DNA of 64,000 nt from NCBI RefSeq assembly GCF_045037415.1, contig NZ_CP173438.1; one strand, 5' to 3'. Under the pieces are notes generated by a model. It was not told the origin of the DNA and made no database searches. It worked only from the letters and a program-made list of their open reading frames with translations. Source of the stretch: Escherichia coli (GTDB lineage: Bacteria; Pseudomonadota; Gammaproteobacteria; Enterobacterales; Enterobacteriaceae). Position 1 is the stretch's first letter; the number at the start of each line of letters is the position of its first letter. A program made the position numbers and the translations under genes. This document shows, piece after piece, positions 20,300 to 31,593 of this stretch.

Positions 20300-20308
20300 A
20301 TTTGCTGA

Positions 20309-21025
20309 TTATATCAGCGAGGTCAGAGATGCCAACCGGGAAATTTCCAGATGCGGCAGTAAACGGCTGTCCCAGGTTTGCATCAGATCGCCATTTTCCG
20401 GTCTGATCCAACAGGCCTGCATTCCGCTGCGAATTGCCCCACCCACGTCAGTGGTGAGATCGTCCCCGACATGTAAGATCTCGCCGATCGGCACGTTGAG
20501 TTTTTCCGCCGCCAGGAAGTACATATCGCTGAACGGTTTTGAGCGCCCGTGCGGGCCAGCGCGCAGCACAAACTCAAAATAATCCCCCAAACCAAACAGT
20601 TCCGGCTGGGCGTTACCGTTGGTGATCGCCACCAGCGGCCATTTCTTCGCCAGCTGTTTTAAGGTGTCGTGGGTTTGCTGCGGGACGTCGATCCGGCTGC
20701 GCCATTTGGCAAAGTTGATCATTGCTGCATGTGCGCCTGCACTGGCTTCTTCGGCACTCAGCCCGGCGTCGAGCATCGCTTGTTCAATCGAACGAAAACG
20801 CCAGCGCGTCACGTCGTGATAAATCTCAGGTTCCGCTTCCCGTACCGCCTGGCGCAGGCGTTGCAGATCTTCATTCTGGAAGCTGCGCAGCGCCGGATGA
20901 TAATTTTGCACAAAGGTAAGCGCCTCTCGCTCGGTGCGCAAAATCACCGGACGGTTATCGTAAAGGGTATCATCCAGGTCAAAGGTGAGCGCCGAGATGC
21001 GCCCCAAAGGCCGGTAAAAACGCAT
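20309..21025 (-). CDS. yigB: HAD-family FMN/5-amino-6-ribitylaminouracil phosphate phosphatase
   Basis: 238-aa ORF with HAD motif I ([11 protein letters not shown]); stop/start overlap with xerC. Confidence 0.9.
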
Positions 21026-21921
21026 TATTTCCCCCGTTTGGCGCGTGGATGCGCCGCATCGTACACCGAGGCAAGGTGTTGAAAATCAAGATGAGTATAG
21101 ATTTGCGTGGTGGAGAGGTTGGCATGACCCAGCAGCTCCTGCACACCACGAAGATCGCCGCTCGACTCCAGCATATGGGTAGCGAACGAGTGACGTAATT
21201 TATGCGGGTGAACGTGATTATTCAGCCCTTGTTTTATGCCCCATTCGGCAAAGCGTTTCTGCACATTACGCGCGGAGATGCGTTTGCCCAGTTTCGACAG
21301 AAAAAGCGCGTCGTCTTCGCTACCAAACAGGTCGCGCAAATCAAGCCAGTGCTCAATCCACGCCACGGCGTTGCGACCAATCGGCAGGCGGCGCTCTTTG
21401 CTGCCTTTTCCCATCACCCACACTTCGCCAGACTCCAGGTCGAGGTGTTTGATATCGAGCCCCACCAGCTCGGAAAGACGCAGACCCGCGCCGTACATCA
21501 CTTCCAGCATTGCCCGATCGCGCACGGCGAGGGGATCGTTGATATCAATATCCAGCAGCCGATTCATATCATCGACGTCGATGTTTTTCGGCAGATGACG
21601 CGGCGCTTTCGGTGCCGAAACACCTTTCGCCGGGTTAGCTTTGAGTTCATTCTGGCTGACCAGCCAGTCAAAAAAGCTACGTAGCGCAGAAAGCCGTAAC
21701 GCCAGACTTGCAGCTCCCAGCCCTTTACGGCGACTGCGTACAGCAAAATTACGCACCATCGTCACATCACATTGCTGCCAGCTTTGCAGGCCGTTTTCGC
21801 TGGCAAAATGGATGATCGCCTCAAGCTGTCGCTGGTAGTTAAGCAGGGTTATCGGGCTAAGCTGGCGCTCCACGCTCAGATAACGTAGGTAGCGTTCTAC
21901 ATCGGTGTGTAAATCGGTCAT
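21025..21921 (-). CDS. xerC: Tyrosine site-specific recombinase XerC (chromosome dimer resolution)
   Basis: 298-aa ORF with C-terminal HxLRHSFAT...Y tyrosine-recombinase motifs; embedded in the dapF-yigA-xerC-yigB overlapping operon. Confidence 0.95.
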
Positions 21922-22625
21922 ACGCGTTCAATCCAACGCGCCAGAAGCTCCGGCAACATCAGCGCAATTTCATGAAGTAACTGCGTTCCCTGCCCTTGTT
22001 GATAGTGACTGGCATCGCGACTGGTAAACAGCACAACCCCCAAATCAGCATCGCTTCCCAGCATCGACATCGCCACCGATCCCACCGCTTTCGCTTCCGG
22101 TAGCACCACCAGCAGCTCCGGTCCGTTAAGCGGTCCCAGATAGTGCTGTTCCTGCCCCAGACGCTGAATACGCAGCGGTTCGAAAGACTGACGGCTTAAT
22201 GCCAGATGAGTGTGGTTCGACGGCGCACCTAAGCGCCAGCGATCTGGAAACAGGCGCAGACTCGCACCTGCCAGGCCGAGATCGCGCGCCCAGCGGTGAA
22301 AGCGCATCAGCATATCATCGAGACTGCTGGCGGCGGTGAGACTGCGCTGCAGGTAGAGTAGACGATAAAACAGGCCTTCGTTGGCGATAGCCTGTTCCAT
22401 CAACAACGCCATGTTCTCTTCCAGAACATGAATATGATTACGTGCGCGGGCCATGTGCCACTCGACCAACGAAACGGTGCCGCGTACCGGATGCGGCACA
22501 CGTATCGCTTCTACTGCGCGCGCATTGCGGATAAAAAACTCAGGATTTTTAATCAGATAATCGACAACCGCCCGGTCATCAAGCTCCGTGAGTGTTTCCT
22601 GCAGTTCTTCCCCTGGTTGCTTCAT
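21918..22625 (-). CDS. yigA: DUF484-family protein
   Basis: 235-aa ORF; 4-bp overlaps with dapF upstream and xerC downstream. Confidence 0.85.
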   Translation of the reverse strand: MKQPGEELQETLTELDDRAVVDYLIKNPEFFIRNARAVEAIRVPHPVRGTVSLVEWHMARARNHIHVLEENMALLMEQAIANEGLFYRLLYLQRSLTAASSLDDMLMRFHRWARDLGLAGASLRLFPDRWRLGAPSNHTHLALSRQSFEPLRIQRLGQEQHYLGPLNGPELLVVLPEAKAVGSVAMSMLGSDADLGVVLFTSRDASHYQQGQGTQLLHEIALMLPELLARWIERV

Positions 22626-23446
22626 AGATGAATAAATCCGTCGTAGACATGTACCGCCGGGCCAGTCATATATAACGGGTGACCCGGACCTTTCCAGGCG
22701 ATATCAAGACGACCGCCAGGGAGTTCCACGCGTACTTCTTCGGCCAGCAAACCTTGCTGAATCCCTACCGCCACCGCCGCACACGCGCCGCTGCCGCAGG
22801 CCTGGGTTTCTCCTGCCCCACGCTCATAAACGCGTAAACGAATATGCTCGCGCTTAACCACTTGCATAAAACCGATATTGGCGCGCTCCGGAAAACGTTC
22901 GTGGCTTTCCAGAACAGGACCAAGCGTTTCTACCGCCGCAGTATCAACATCATCAACCTGAATCACGCAGTGCGGATTTCCCATCGACACCACGCCGCAT
23001 AAGATTGTCTGCTCGGCGGCGCGCATAATATAGGTCTTTTCCGCTTTGTTAGCGCGAAATGGCACGGCAGAAGGTTCGAAGTTGGGTTCGCCCATATTGA
23101 CGCGGACCAGATCATCATCGGTGACGGTCAACACCATCCGTCCGTTGGCGGTGCTGACGCGGATATCGCGCTTATTGGTCAGCCCTTTCAGGCGCACAAA
23201 ACGGGCAAAGCAGCGCGCACCGTTGCCGCACTGCGCTACTTCACTGCCATCAGCATTGAAAATGCGATAGTGAAAATCCAGTTCCGGATCATACGGTGGC
23301 TCAACCACCAGCAGCTGGTCAAACCCTATCCCCAGGTGCCGATCCGCCAGGCGACGAATCAGCTCCGGTGAAAAAAAGACATTCTGCGTTACCGCGTCGA
23401 CGACCATAAAATCGTTGCCAAGGCCATGCATTTTCGAGAACTGCAT
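22622..23446 (-). CDS. dapF: Diaminopimelate epimerase
   Basis: ORF 22622..23449; start at [17 protein letters not shown] gives 274 aa; two active-site Cys regions present. Confidence 0.95.
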   Translation of the reverse strand: MQFSKMHGLGNDFMVVDAVTQNVFFSPELIRRLADRHLGIGFDQLLVVEPPYDPELDFHYRIFNADGSEVAQCGNGARCFARFVRLKGLTNKRDIRVSTANGRMVLTVTDDDLVRVNMGEPNFEPSAVPFRANKAEKTYIMRAAEQTILCGVVSMGNPHCVIQVDDVDTAAVETLGPVLESHERFPERANIGFMQVVKREHIRLRVYERGAGETQACGSGACAAVAVGIQQGLLAEEVRVELPGGRLDIAWKGPGHPLYMTGPAVHVYDGFIHL

Positions 23447-23482
23447 CATTTACTCCAATCACGCGGGTACAGAAACTGACTT

Positions 23483-23686
23483 TTAGTAATTCACCTGGGA
23501 TGGACCATCGCCAGTGGCGCGGTCGTTTTTGTCCGGCACCGTGGATTGCGTTTGCGTCTCTACCGGTTTGGTCGGCGGCGGTGCGTTTTTATCTGCAGGC
23601 GGGAAATAGAGCGGACCTTTCAGACCGCAGCCCGTCAGGCTGAAGAGAGTAAGTAATACAGTGAGTGCCTTAAACACGTTTTTCAT
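23483..23686 (-). CDS. yifL: Small lipoprotein
   Basis: 67-aa ORF with lipobox LTGC and a Pro-rich tail; directly upstream of dapF. Confidence 0.8.
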   Translation of the reverse strand: MKNVFKALTVLLTLFSLTGCGLKGPLYFPPADKNAPPPTKPVETQTQSTVPDKNDRATGDGPSQVNY

Positions 23687-24155
23687 TATGGATTGCCTGT
23701 AAAGTTCATCGCTTTCTGCTTTCTATCATCGCAGGAGAAGGCGTAAAAGCAAGCGTTTAGCGACTCTTTATGAAGTCTGAAAAGTGAGGAAATGCTGCGA
23801 GTATAACGCTTACTCGTGGCGATTTATGTTTTGCTGGTAGTTTCGTGATCGGCACCTCGCGCCAGGATGGCTTTATGCACTATCGCAATGTGGTTTGTTT
23901 ATTGTCTTGTTCGTTGTTCTTATCATCGGCATGGGGATGTCGGCTTGATGAGCCGGAACATAATATTTACCAGAAACAGGGAAAAGGCGTGGTGTATTTG
24001 CGCCCTTATGAAAAGACCAATCTTTCGCTATATAGAGATATTATTATTCCGGTGACGGATGAATCATGCCGGAACGCAGCAGCAGACGGGCAAACTTTGA
24101 AGCCCTGACCCCATGCCGCTATACTGCCGCCATCACTTAAAAACAGGATACAACA

Positions 24156-24476
24156 ATGAACGACAGTGAATTTCATCGCCTGGCTGATCAACTGTGGCTG
24201 ACCATTGAAGAACGTCTGGACGACTGGGATGGCGACAGCGATATCGACTGTGAAATCAACGGCGGTGTACTAACCATTACCTTTGAGAACGGCAGCAAAA
24301 TCATTATCAACCGCCAGGAACCACTGCACCAGGTATGGCTGGCAACCAAACAGGGCGGCTACCATTTTGATCTGAAAGGCGATGAGTGGATTTGCGATCG
24401 CAGCGGCGAAACCTTCTGGGATTTGCTGGAACAGGCGGCGACGCAGCAGGCGGGAGAAACCGTCAGTTTTCGTTAA
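24156..24476 (+). CDS. cyaY: Frataxin homologue CyaY (iron-sulfur cluster assembly)
   Basis: 106-aa [36 protein letters not shown]... Confidence 0.95.
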
Positions 24477-24478
24477 GA

Positions 24479-24514
24479 GCTAATGCCGGATAAGCCTCGC
24501 TTTCCGGCATTAGC
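24479..24514. terminator. Bidirectional hairpin between convergent cyaY and cyaA
   Basis: 12-bp inverted repeat GCTAATGCCGGA/TCCGGCATTAGC with 12-nt loop, placed between the two stop codons. Confidence 0.5.
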
Positions 24515-24515
24515 A

Positions 24516-27062
24516 TCAAGAAAAATACTGCTGCAACAGCGGCGCGTCATGCTCCTGATTGGCAGGTGGCATGTTACCGATAGATTTGGTGCGAAACGGA
24601 ATCACCTGTTCACGACCATCAACCTTCACAATCTGATAGAACTGCGGCAGGTTGAAGTTGATGAAGCTTGAGCCGTAGGTGAAACGGTCGTGCGAAGACG
24701 AGTAGAAGCGACTGACGTCACGCACCAGTTCCTCTTTGCTGCCTTCGCAGTGGTGATACACCTCAACCCGGTTGCTTTCGTCGAGAATGTAGATATTAAA
24801 GCCATTCTCGTCTTGCGTTTCTTCGAAGAAGAACTGGATGATCCCTTCGCTGGCAAAGCCGTCCACCACCGCCGGTAATTTGACGTGATTGGTTTCAACC
24901 TGCACTGACAGGCCGTGCAGTTTGTTATGCGAAATAGCGCCATAAAACTCGATGGCGTTTTCCAGTTTCTGTACCGATACATTCAGCCGTTCGAAGAACA
25001 AGCCCCAGGTTTGACCGGAGACGCGCAGCGCCTTGAAGCGCCCGGTTTCCTGGCGGGTGCTGGAAAGACGCAGTTCAATACACTCAGAAACCAGTTGCTG
25101 CACGCGAGTACGGATTAACCCGCGCAGATGCTGGCTATAACAGAAGACTTCCACGCTATCTGGCGGTGCGGCGTCCTGATGCATTTTGCCGAGAATAGTT
25201 TTCAGGGCTTCGATCATCGATTGCTCGCCGTTGAAGTGCAGCGTACGCACTTCGTTCCACGAGTTGCGATACAGCAGGTCAACGCTACCCACCAGGCAAT
25301 TTTGATTCTCGCCAAAGCTGAAGACATCCAGCTTACGGAAATCAAAATGCACCACCTGATTGCGGAAGGCTGCCGTCGGGTCATATTCCAGGTTAACGAT
25401 AATCGCCAGATGGCGGATCTCACACGGGCTGTAGAGCGCCTTCGGTGTCGGTGCAGGTAAGCGCAGCGGGAAATGGTGCGACACGTCTGCGACCATCTCC
25501 TGCAACTTAGGCAAATCGACAATGCCGTTACCTTTAATATACAAACGGGTGCGAGAGGTCAGCAGGCCGTTAAACCATGCCCACGCCACCAGTTTATTCA
25601 GGTAGCGATTATATTCCAGCGGCTGATGGCTGATGATTGACTCAATATTTGGCGCGCGGTTATACAGATACCAACCTGAACGGTTGGCGCGGCCCGGCGG
25701 TACATAAATAAAGGTCAGATTCGGTTCCGAGAGATCGGGCGAAATCTGCGGGTTTACCAGCGTCACTTTACCCGGTAATGCTTCAAACGCGGCGTACAGT
25801 TTACGTGTCAGCACGCCGATATCCTGCGGGCTGGCGGAGACGCTAAGGTTATTGCGGCGCGCAAAGCGGATCAGATTACGGTAGCTCTGCATCATTGCGT
25901 CGAGCAGCTCGTTGTGCGCCTCACGCACCTGATCTATCTTCCAGTTAGCGCGGTTATCGAGCATTGCCAGACGAGCTTCGTCCCAACCCCACTCGCTCAC
26001 TAACTGGCTCAACACTGCGCGACGCCAGCCTACACAGGCGCGTTCACGGCTGAGCTTTTCGCACACTTTTAAATAGAAGCAGCGACGCACTAAATCCAGA
26101 CGGGTGAAATCTTCAATCGCCGTCAGGTATTCAGTAACACGCTCCAGCATCATGCAGTACGGGTCGAGGCCAAACGATACAATCTCGCCGTCGTGCAAAC
26201 GCTGTTTGATATCTTTCGCCAGCAGACGTGGGTTCGGGTATTCCCAGGAATAGGCTTCCAGCAGCAGTGTTTTCAGCACCGCTTTGTATGGGGAATCGAT
26301 ACTCTTGTAGAGCTGCCAAAGGCTGGCACCAAAGTACTCTTCAGCAGAAAGCGAGCTTAAGCCACCAAGATCCAGCCATTCATTTGGCGTCAGCACGCCC
26401 TGCGCGTAAAGCGTCATCACATAGTCGTCGTAATGCTCTTCTTCGTCGCACGGCACCATATTCCACAGAATACGCTTACCGGCGAGACGCACGGCGGTAC
26501 GATAAAATTCGTCAAGCAGCAGTATATGCTGGGTGGAGCCACAATCTTCGCCCCCCAGGCTGCCGCTTTCATTATGACGGAAGCGGTTTTCATCAATCAG
26601 GAAGAAGCTGACTTCCACACCCAGCGAGGCGGCCCAGCTTTCCAGCAGACTACATTTACGTTGTAGCAACTGGCGCTCTTCGCTATCGAGCCAGGATTGA
26701 TGACAGACCCAGATATCCAGGTCAGAGGAACAACTTTGCCCTACGGACGAGGTGCTGCCCATGGTGTATACACCAGTAATTGGAAGCTCACCTTTCGGTG
26801 GGTCCTGTACTGACATTCCACGATACAGTTCAAGCTCGTTCAGGTAGTGGCGTTGAGTTTCATCAGGCGTGTAAAGGCAAATGCCTTTGGGAACGTTACC
26901 ATCAAGGTAACCCGGCATTAGCGGATGGTGATAGTGCAACAATGTCGGCAGTAGACTGTAGACCTGTTGGAATGCAGGCCCCATAGCAGCAAGCGCGCGA
27001 TCCACACGCAATTGATTTATGGCATCCAGTCTCTGTTTCAGAGTCTCAATATAGAGGTACAA
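24516..27062 (-). CDS. cyaA: Adenylate cyclase (class I)
   Basis: 848-aa [30 protein letters not shown]...; the start codon at 27062-27060 reads TTG on the coding strand, as known for E. coli cyaA. Confidence 0.95.
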   Translation of the reverse strand: MYLYIETLKQRLDAINQLRVDRALAAMGPAFQQVYSLLPTLLHYHHPLMPGYLDGNVPKGICLYTPDETQRHYLNELELYRGMSVQDPPKGELPITGVYTMGSTSSVGQSCSSDLDIWVCHQSWLDSEERQLLQRKCSLLESWAASLGVEVSFFLIDENRFRHNESGSLGGEDCGSTQHILLLDEFYRTAVRLAGKRILWNMVPCDEEEHYDDYVMTLYAQGVLTPNEWLDLGGLSSLSAEEYFGASLWQLYKSIDSPYKAVLKTLLLEAYSWEYPNPRLLAKDIKQRLHDGEIVSFGLDPYCMMLERVTEYLTAIEDFTRLDLVRRCFYLKVCEKLSRERACVGWRRAVLSQLVSEWGWDEARLAMLDNRANWKIDQVREAHNELLDAMMQSYRNLIRFARRNNLSVSASPQDIGVLTRKLYAAFEALPGKVTLVNPQISPDLSEPNLTFIYVPPGRANRSGWYLYNRAPNIESIISHQPLEYNRYLNKLVAWAWFNGLLTSRTRLYIKGNGIVDLPKLQEMVADVSHHFPLRLPAPTPKALYSPCEIRHLAIIVNLEYDPTAAFRNQVVHFDFRKLDVFSFGENQNCLVGSVDLLYRNSWNEVRTLHFNGEQSMIEALKTILGKMHQDAAPPDSVEVFCYSQHLRGLIRTRVQQLVSECIELRLSSTRQETGRFKALRVSGQTWGLFFERLNVSVQKLENAIEFYGAISHNKLHGLSVQVETNHVKLPAVVDGFASEGIIQFFFEETQDENGFNIYILDESNRVEVYHHCEGSKEELVRDVSRFYSSSHDRFTYGSSFINFNLPQFYQIVKVDGREQVIPFRTKSIGNMPPANQEHDAPLLQQYFS

Positions 27063-27448
27063 GACGTATCGCCTGATTTGCTACCCGTCATGACTGTGAT
27101 TCCGCCAACATCAACGGTAACACGCGGCATTCGGGATATTTCGTATGTCAAAGGTAACCGTTACCACTTTTCGCGCCTGGTTTTTTTAGTTTCACGACGA
27201 AAAAATGGTCTAAAACGTGATCAATTTAACACCTTGCTGATTGACCGTAAAGAAAGATGCGCTACATACAAGTGTAGCACCGTTTATTCTCTGTAAATTC
27301 CTTATTACGAAGGCTCAAAGCGCCTGTCAGGATCCACTGCCCGACCTCATTTTACGGTTTGCGCAGGCGTCTACGTTTCACCACAACACTGACATCGCTC
27401 TGGCAAGGATGTTAGGATGGACCACGGATGATAATGACGGTAACAAGC

Positions 27449-28390
27449 ATGTTAGACAATGTTTTAAGAATTGCCACACGCCAAAGCCCACTTGCACTCT
27501 GGCAGGCACACTATGTCAAAGACAAGTTGATGGCGAGCCATCCGGGCCTGGTCGTTGAACTGGTACCGATGGTGACGCGCGGCGATGTGATTCTTGATAC
27601 GCCGCTGGCGAAAGTAGGCGGAAAAGGCTTATTTGTTAAAGAGCTGGAAGTCGCGCTCCTCGAAAATCGCGCCGATATCGCCGTACATTCGATGAAAGAT
27701 GTGCCGGTTGAATTCCCGCAAGGTCTGGGGCTGGTCACTATTTGCGAGCGTGAAGATCCTCGCGATGCATTTGTGTCCAATAACTATGACAGTCTGGATG
27801 CGTTACCGGCAGGCAGTATCGTCGGGACGTCCAGTTTACGTCGCCAGTGCCAACTGGCTGAACGCCGCCCGGATCTGATTATCCGCTCCCTGCGCGGCAA
27901 CGTCGGCACTCGCCTGAGCAAACTGGATAACGGTGAATACGATGCCATCATTCTTGCCGTAGCCGGACTAAAACGTTTAGGTCTGGAGTCCCGCATTCGC
28001 GCCGCGTTGCCACCCGAGATTTCTCTTCCGGCGGTAGGGCAAGGTGCGGTGGGCATTGAATGCCGCCTTGATGATGCACGCACTCGCGAGCTGCTCGCCG
28101 CGCTGAATCACCACGAAACTGCACTGCGTGTTACCGCCGAACGCGCCATGAATACCCGTCTCGAAGGCGGATGTCAGGTGCCAATTGGTAGCTACGCCGA
28201 GCTTATTGATGGCGAAATCTGGCTGCGTGCGTTGGTCGGCGCGCCGGACGGTTCGCTGATTATTCGCGGTGAACGCCGCGGTGCGCCGCAAGATGCCGAA
28301 CAAATGGGGATTTCGCTGGCAGAAGAGCTACTGAATAACGGCGCGCGCGAGATCCTCGCTGAAGTCTATAACGGAGACGCCCCGGCATGA
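27449..28390 (+). CDS. hemC: Porphobilinogen deaminase
   Basis: ORF 27428..28390; conserved start [20 protein letters not shown] gives 313 aa. Confidence 0.95.
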   Translation: MLDNVLRIATRQSPLALWQAHYVKDKLMASHPGLVVELVPMVTRGDVILDTPLAKVGGKGLFVKELEVALLENRADIAVHSMKDVPVEFPQGLGLVTICEREDPRDAFVSNNYDSLDALPAGSIVGTSSLRRQCQLAERRPDLIIRSLRGNVGTRLSKLDNGEYDAIILAVAGLKRLGLESRIRAALPPEISLPAVGQGAVGIECRLDDARTRELLAALNHHETALRVTAERAMNTRLEGGCQVPIGSYAELIDGEIWLRALVGAPDGSLIIRGERRGAPQDAEQMGISLAEELLNNGAREILAEVYNGDAPA

Positions 28391-29127
28391 GTATCCTGGT
28401 CACCCGCCCGTCTCCCGCAGGAGAAGAGTTAGTGAGCCGTCTGCGCACACTGGGGCAGGTGGCCTGGCATTTTCCGCTGATTGAGTTTTCTCCGGGTCGA
28501 CAATTACCGCAACTTGCTGATCAACTGGCAGCGCTGGGAGAGAGCGATCTGTTGTTTGCCCTCTCGCAACACGCGGTTGCTTTTGCCCAATCACAGCTGC
28601 ATCAGCAAGATCGTAAATGGCCCCGACTACCTACTTATTTCGCCATTGGACGCACCACCGCGCTGGCACTACATACCGTAAGCGGACAGAAGATTCTCTA
28701 CCCACAGGATCGGGAAATCAGCGAAGTCTTGCTACAATTACCTGAATTACAAAATATTGCGGGCAAATGTGCGCTGATATTACGTGGCAATGGCGGTCGT
28801 GAGCTAATTGGGGATTCCCTGACGGCGCGCGGTGCTGAGGTCACTTTTTGTGAATGTTATCAACGATGCGCAATCCATTACGATGGTGCAGAAGAAGCGA
28901 TGCGCTGGCAATCCCGCGAGGTGACGACGGTCGTTGTTACCAGCGGTGAAATGTTGCAGCAACTCTGGTCGCTGATCCCACAATGGTATCGTGAGCACTG
29001 GTTACTACGCTGTCGACTATTGGTCGTCAGTGAGCGTTTGGCGAAACTCGCCCGGGAACTGGGCTGGCAAGACATTAAGGTCGCCGATAACGCTGACAAC
29101 GATGCGCTTTTACGGGCATTACAATAA
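28387..29127 (+). CDS. hemD: Uroporphyrinogen-III synthase
   Basis: 246-aa ORF; 4-bp overlap with hemC. Confidence 0.93.
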   Translation: MSILVTRPSPAGEELVSRLRTLGQVAWHFPLIEFSPGRQLPQLADQLAALGESDLLFALSQHAVAFAQSQLHQQDRKWPRLPTYFAIGRTTALALHTVSGQKILYPQDREISEVLLQLPELQNIAGKCALILRGNGGRELIGDSLTARGAEVTFCECYQRCAIHYDGAEEAMRWQSREVTTVVVTSGEMLQQLWSLIPQWYREHWLLRCRLLVVSERLAKLARELGWQDIKVADNADNDALLRALQ

Positions 29128-29148
29128 CTCTCATAACAGGAAGCCATA

Positions 29149-30354
29149 ATGACGGAACAAGAAAAAACCTCCGCCGTGGTTGAAGAGACCAGGGAGGCCG
29201 TGGACACCACGTCACAACCTGTCGCAACAGAAAAAAAGAGTAAGAACAATACCGCATTGATTCTCAGCGCGGTGGCTATCGCTATTGCTCTGGCGGCGGG
29301 CGTCGGTTTGTATGGCTGGGGTAAACAACAGGCCGTCAATCAGACTGCCACCAGCGATGCCCTGGCTAACCAACTTACGGCACTGCAAAAAGCCCAGGAG
29401 AGCCAAAAAGCCGAGCTGGAAGGCATTATCAAGCAACAAGCTGTACAGCTTGAGCAGGCGAATCGTCAGCAAGAAACGCTGGCAAAACAGCTGGATGAAG
29501 TCCAACAAAAGGTCGCCACCATTTCCGGCAGCGATGCTAAAACCTGGCTGCTGGCCCAGGCCGATTTTCTGGTGAAACTCGCCGGACGGAAGCTGTGGAG
29601 CGATCAGGACGTCACGACCGCTGCAGCGTTGCTGAAAAGTGCAGACGCCAGCCTGGCGGATATGAATGACCCGAGTCTGATTACCGTTCGCCGGGCAATT
29701 ACCGATGATATCGCCAGCCTTTCTGCGGTATCGCAGGTGGATTATGACGGTATCATCCTTAAGCTTAATCAGCTTTCAAATCAGGTAGATAATCTGCGTC
29801 TGGCCGATAATGACAGCGATGGTTCGCCGATGGATTCCGACGGTGAAGAGCTTTCCAGTTCCATCAGCGAATGGCGTATCAATCTGCAAAAAAGCTGGCA
29901 GAATTTTATGGACAACTTCATTACGATTCGCCGTCGTGATGACACTGCCGTACCGCTGTTAGCGCCAAATCAGGATATCTATCTGCGCGAAAATATCCGC
30001 TCTCGCCTGCTGGTCGCAGCACAAGCTGTACCGCGTCACCAGGAAGAGACTTATCGCCAGGCGCTGGAGAACGTCTCCACCTGGGTACGTGCTTACTACG
30101 ATACTGATGATGCCACCACCAAAGCGTTCCTCGACGAGGTGGACCAGTTAAGCCAGCAAAATATCTCGATGGATCTTCCGGAAACCCTGCAAAGCCAGGC
30201 GATGCTGGAAAAATTGATGCAGACCCGCGTGCGTAACCTGCTGGCACAACCGGCAGCAGGGACAACGGAAGCTAAACCTGCACCTGCACCTGCACCTGCA
30301 CCTGCACCTGCACCGCAAGCTGATGCTCCGGCAGCCGCGCCGCAAGGAGAATAA
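29149..30354 (+). CDS. hemX: HemX (membrane protein of the hem operon)
   Basis: 401-aa ORF with one TM segment, coiled-coil Q/A-rich region and a C-terminal (PA)n repeat. Confidence 0.9.
   Translation: MTEQEKTSAVVEETREAVDTTSQPVATEKKSKNNTALILSAVAIAIALAAGVGLYGWGKQQAVNQTATSDALANQLTALQKAQESQKAELEGIIKQQAVQLEQANRQQETLAKQLDEVQQKVATISGSDAKTWLLAQADFLVKLAGRKLWSDQDVTTAAALLKSADASLADMNDPSLITVRRAITDDIASLSAVSQVDYDGIILKLNQLSNQVDNLRLADNDSDGSPMDSDGEELSSSISEWRINLQKSWQNFMDNFITIRRRDDTAVPLLAPNQDIYLRENIRSRLLVAAQAVPRHQEETYRQALENVSTWVRAYYDTDDATTKAFLDEVDQLSQQNISMDLPETLQSQAMLEKLMQTRVRNLLAQPAAGTTEAKPAPAPAPAPAPAPQADAPAAAPQGE
30283..30312 (+). repeat. Hexanucleotide tandem repeat (CCTGCA)n, about 5 copies, encoding [12 protein letters not shown] in hemX
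   Basis: Read directly: gcacctgcacctgcacctgcacctgcacctgcaccg. Confidence 0.9.
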
Positions 30355-30356
30355 CC

Positions 30357-31553
30357 ATGCTAAAAGTGTTATTGCTCTTTGTGTTGCTGATTGCGGGGAT
30401 CGTGGTTGGCCCGATGATTGCCGGCCATCAGGGTTACGTGCTGATCCAGACCGACAACTACAATATTGAAACTAGCGTCACGGGCCTCGCGATTATTTTG
30501 ATTCTGGCGATGGTAGTGCTGTTTGCCATTGAGTGGCTACTGCGGCGAATCTTCCGCACAGGCGCGCACACCCGTGGGTGGTTTGTCGGACGTAAGCGTC
30601 GCCGTGCACGTAAGCAGACCGAACAGGCGCTGCTGAAACTGGCGGAAGGCGATTATCAGCAAGTTGAAAAGCTGATGGCGAAAAATGCCGATCACGCTGA
30701 ACAACCGGTGGTGAACTATCTACTGGCAGCCGAAGCCGCGCAACAACGTGGTGATGAAGCACGCGCCAACCAACATCTGGAACGCGCAGCGGAGCTGGCC
30801 GGCAATGACACCATTCCGGTAGAAATCACCCGTGTACGTCTGCAACTGGCCCGTAATGAAAACCATGCAGCACGTCACGGCGTTGATAAGCTGCTGGAAG
30901 TTACGCCACGCCATCCGGAAGTATTACGTCTGGCGGAACAGGCGTATATCCGCACAGGGGCATGGAGTTCGCTGCTGGATATCATCCCATCAATGGCGAA
31001 AGCCCATGTTGGTGATGAAGAACATCGTGCAATGCTGGAACAACAGGCATGGATTGGCCTGATGGATCAGGCGCGTGCCGATAACGGTAGCGAAGGTTTG
31101 CGTAACTGGTGGAAAAACCAAAGCCGGAAAACGCGTCATCAGGTGGCCTTGCAGGTGGCAATGGCGGAACATCTTATTGAGTGTGACGATCATGATACTG
31201 CCCAGCAAATTATCATCGACGGCCTGAAACGCCAGTATGACGATCGCCTGCTGCTGCCGATCCCGCGTCTGAAAACCAATAATCCGGAACAGCTGGAAAA
31301 AGTGCTGCGCCAACAGATCAAAAACGTGGGCGATCGCCCGCTGTTGTGGAGCACACTGGGTCAGTCGCTGATGAAACACGGAGAATGGCAGGAAGCATCG
31401 CTCGCCTTCCGCGCAGCGCTGAAACAACGTCCGGACGCCTACGATTACGCATGGCTTGCCGACGCGCTGGACAGACTGCACAAGCCGGAAGAAGCCGCAG
31501 CGATGCGTCGCGACGGTTTGATGCTAACGTTGCAAAACAACCCACCGCAGTAA
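30357..31553 (+). CDS. hemY: HemY (TPR-containing membrane protein of the hem operon)
   Basis: 398-aa ORF with two N-terminal TM helices; starts 3 bp after hemX. Confidence 0.9.
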   Translation: MLKVLLLFVLLIAGIVVGPMIAGHQGYVLIQTDNYNIETSVTGLAIILILAMVVLFAIEWLLRRIFRTGAHTRGWFVGRKRRRARKQTEQALLKLAEGDYQQVEKLMAKNADHAEQPVVNYLLAAEAAQQRGDEARANQHLERAAELAGNDTIPVEITRVRLQLARNENHAARHGVDKLLEVTPRHPEVLRLAEQAYIRTGAWSSLLDIIPSMAKAHVGDEEHRAMLEQQAWIGLMDQARADNGSEGLRNWWKNQSRKTRHQVALQVAMAEHLIECDDHDTAQQIIIDGLKRQYDDRLLLPIPRLKTNNPEQLEKVLRQQIKNVGDRPLLWSTLGQSLMKHGEWQEASLAFRAALKQRPDAYDYAWLADALDRLHKPEEAAAMRRDGLMLTLQNNPPQ

Positions 31554-31556
31554 TCT

Positions 31557-31588
31557 ATATCGCCTCGTTCAGGGGCGATATTTTTTTA
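31557..31588 (+). terminator. Rho-independent terminator of the hemCDXY operon
   Basis: ATATCGCC-TCGTTCAGG-GGCGATAT hairpin followed by TTTTTTT. Confidence 0.7.
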
Positions 31589-31593
31589 CAAGG

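Noticed and set aside
18063-20411. Track ORFs with N-terminal extensions (uvrD 782 aa, rho 443 aa, trxA 144 aa, ilvC 565 aa, hemC 320 aa, yigL 308 aa, aslB 421 aa, ilvY 324 aa)
   Set aside because: Extensions run into promoter or leader regions and precede the conserved N-termini; coordinates were trimmed to the start codons that reproduce the known protein lengths.
21025-21921. Tyrosine recombinase as a possible phage or island integrase
   Set aside because: It is XerC embedded in the conserved dapF-yigA-xerC-yigB operon; no attachment-site repeats, phage genes or composition shift nearby.
30283-30312. Possible CRISPR array
   Set aside because: Only a 6-bp microsatellite inside a gene; no 24-48 bp repeats separated by unique spacers anywhere in the window and no cas genes.
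30148-30345. 65-aa minus-strand ORF encoding (Cys-Arg)n
   Set aside because: Artefact of the (CCTGCA)n repeat read on the opposite strand inside hemX.
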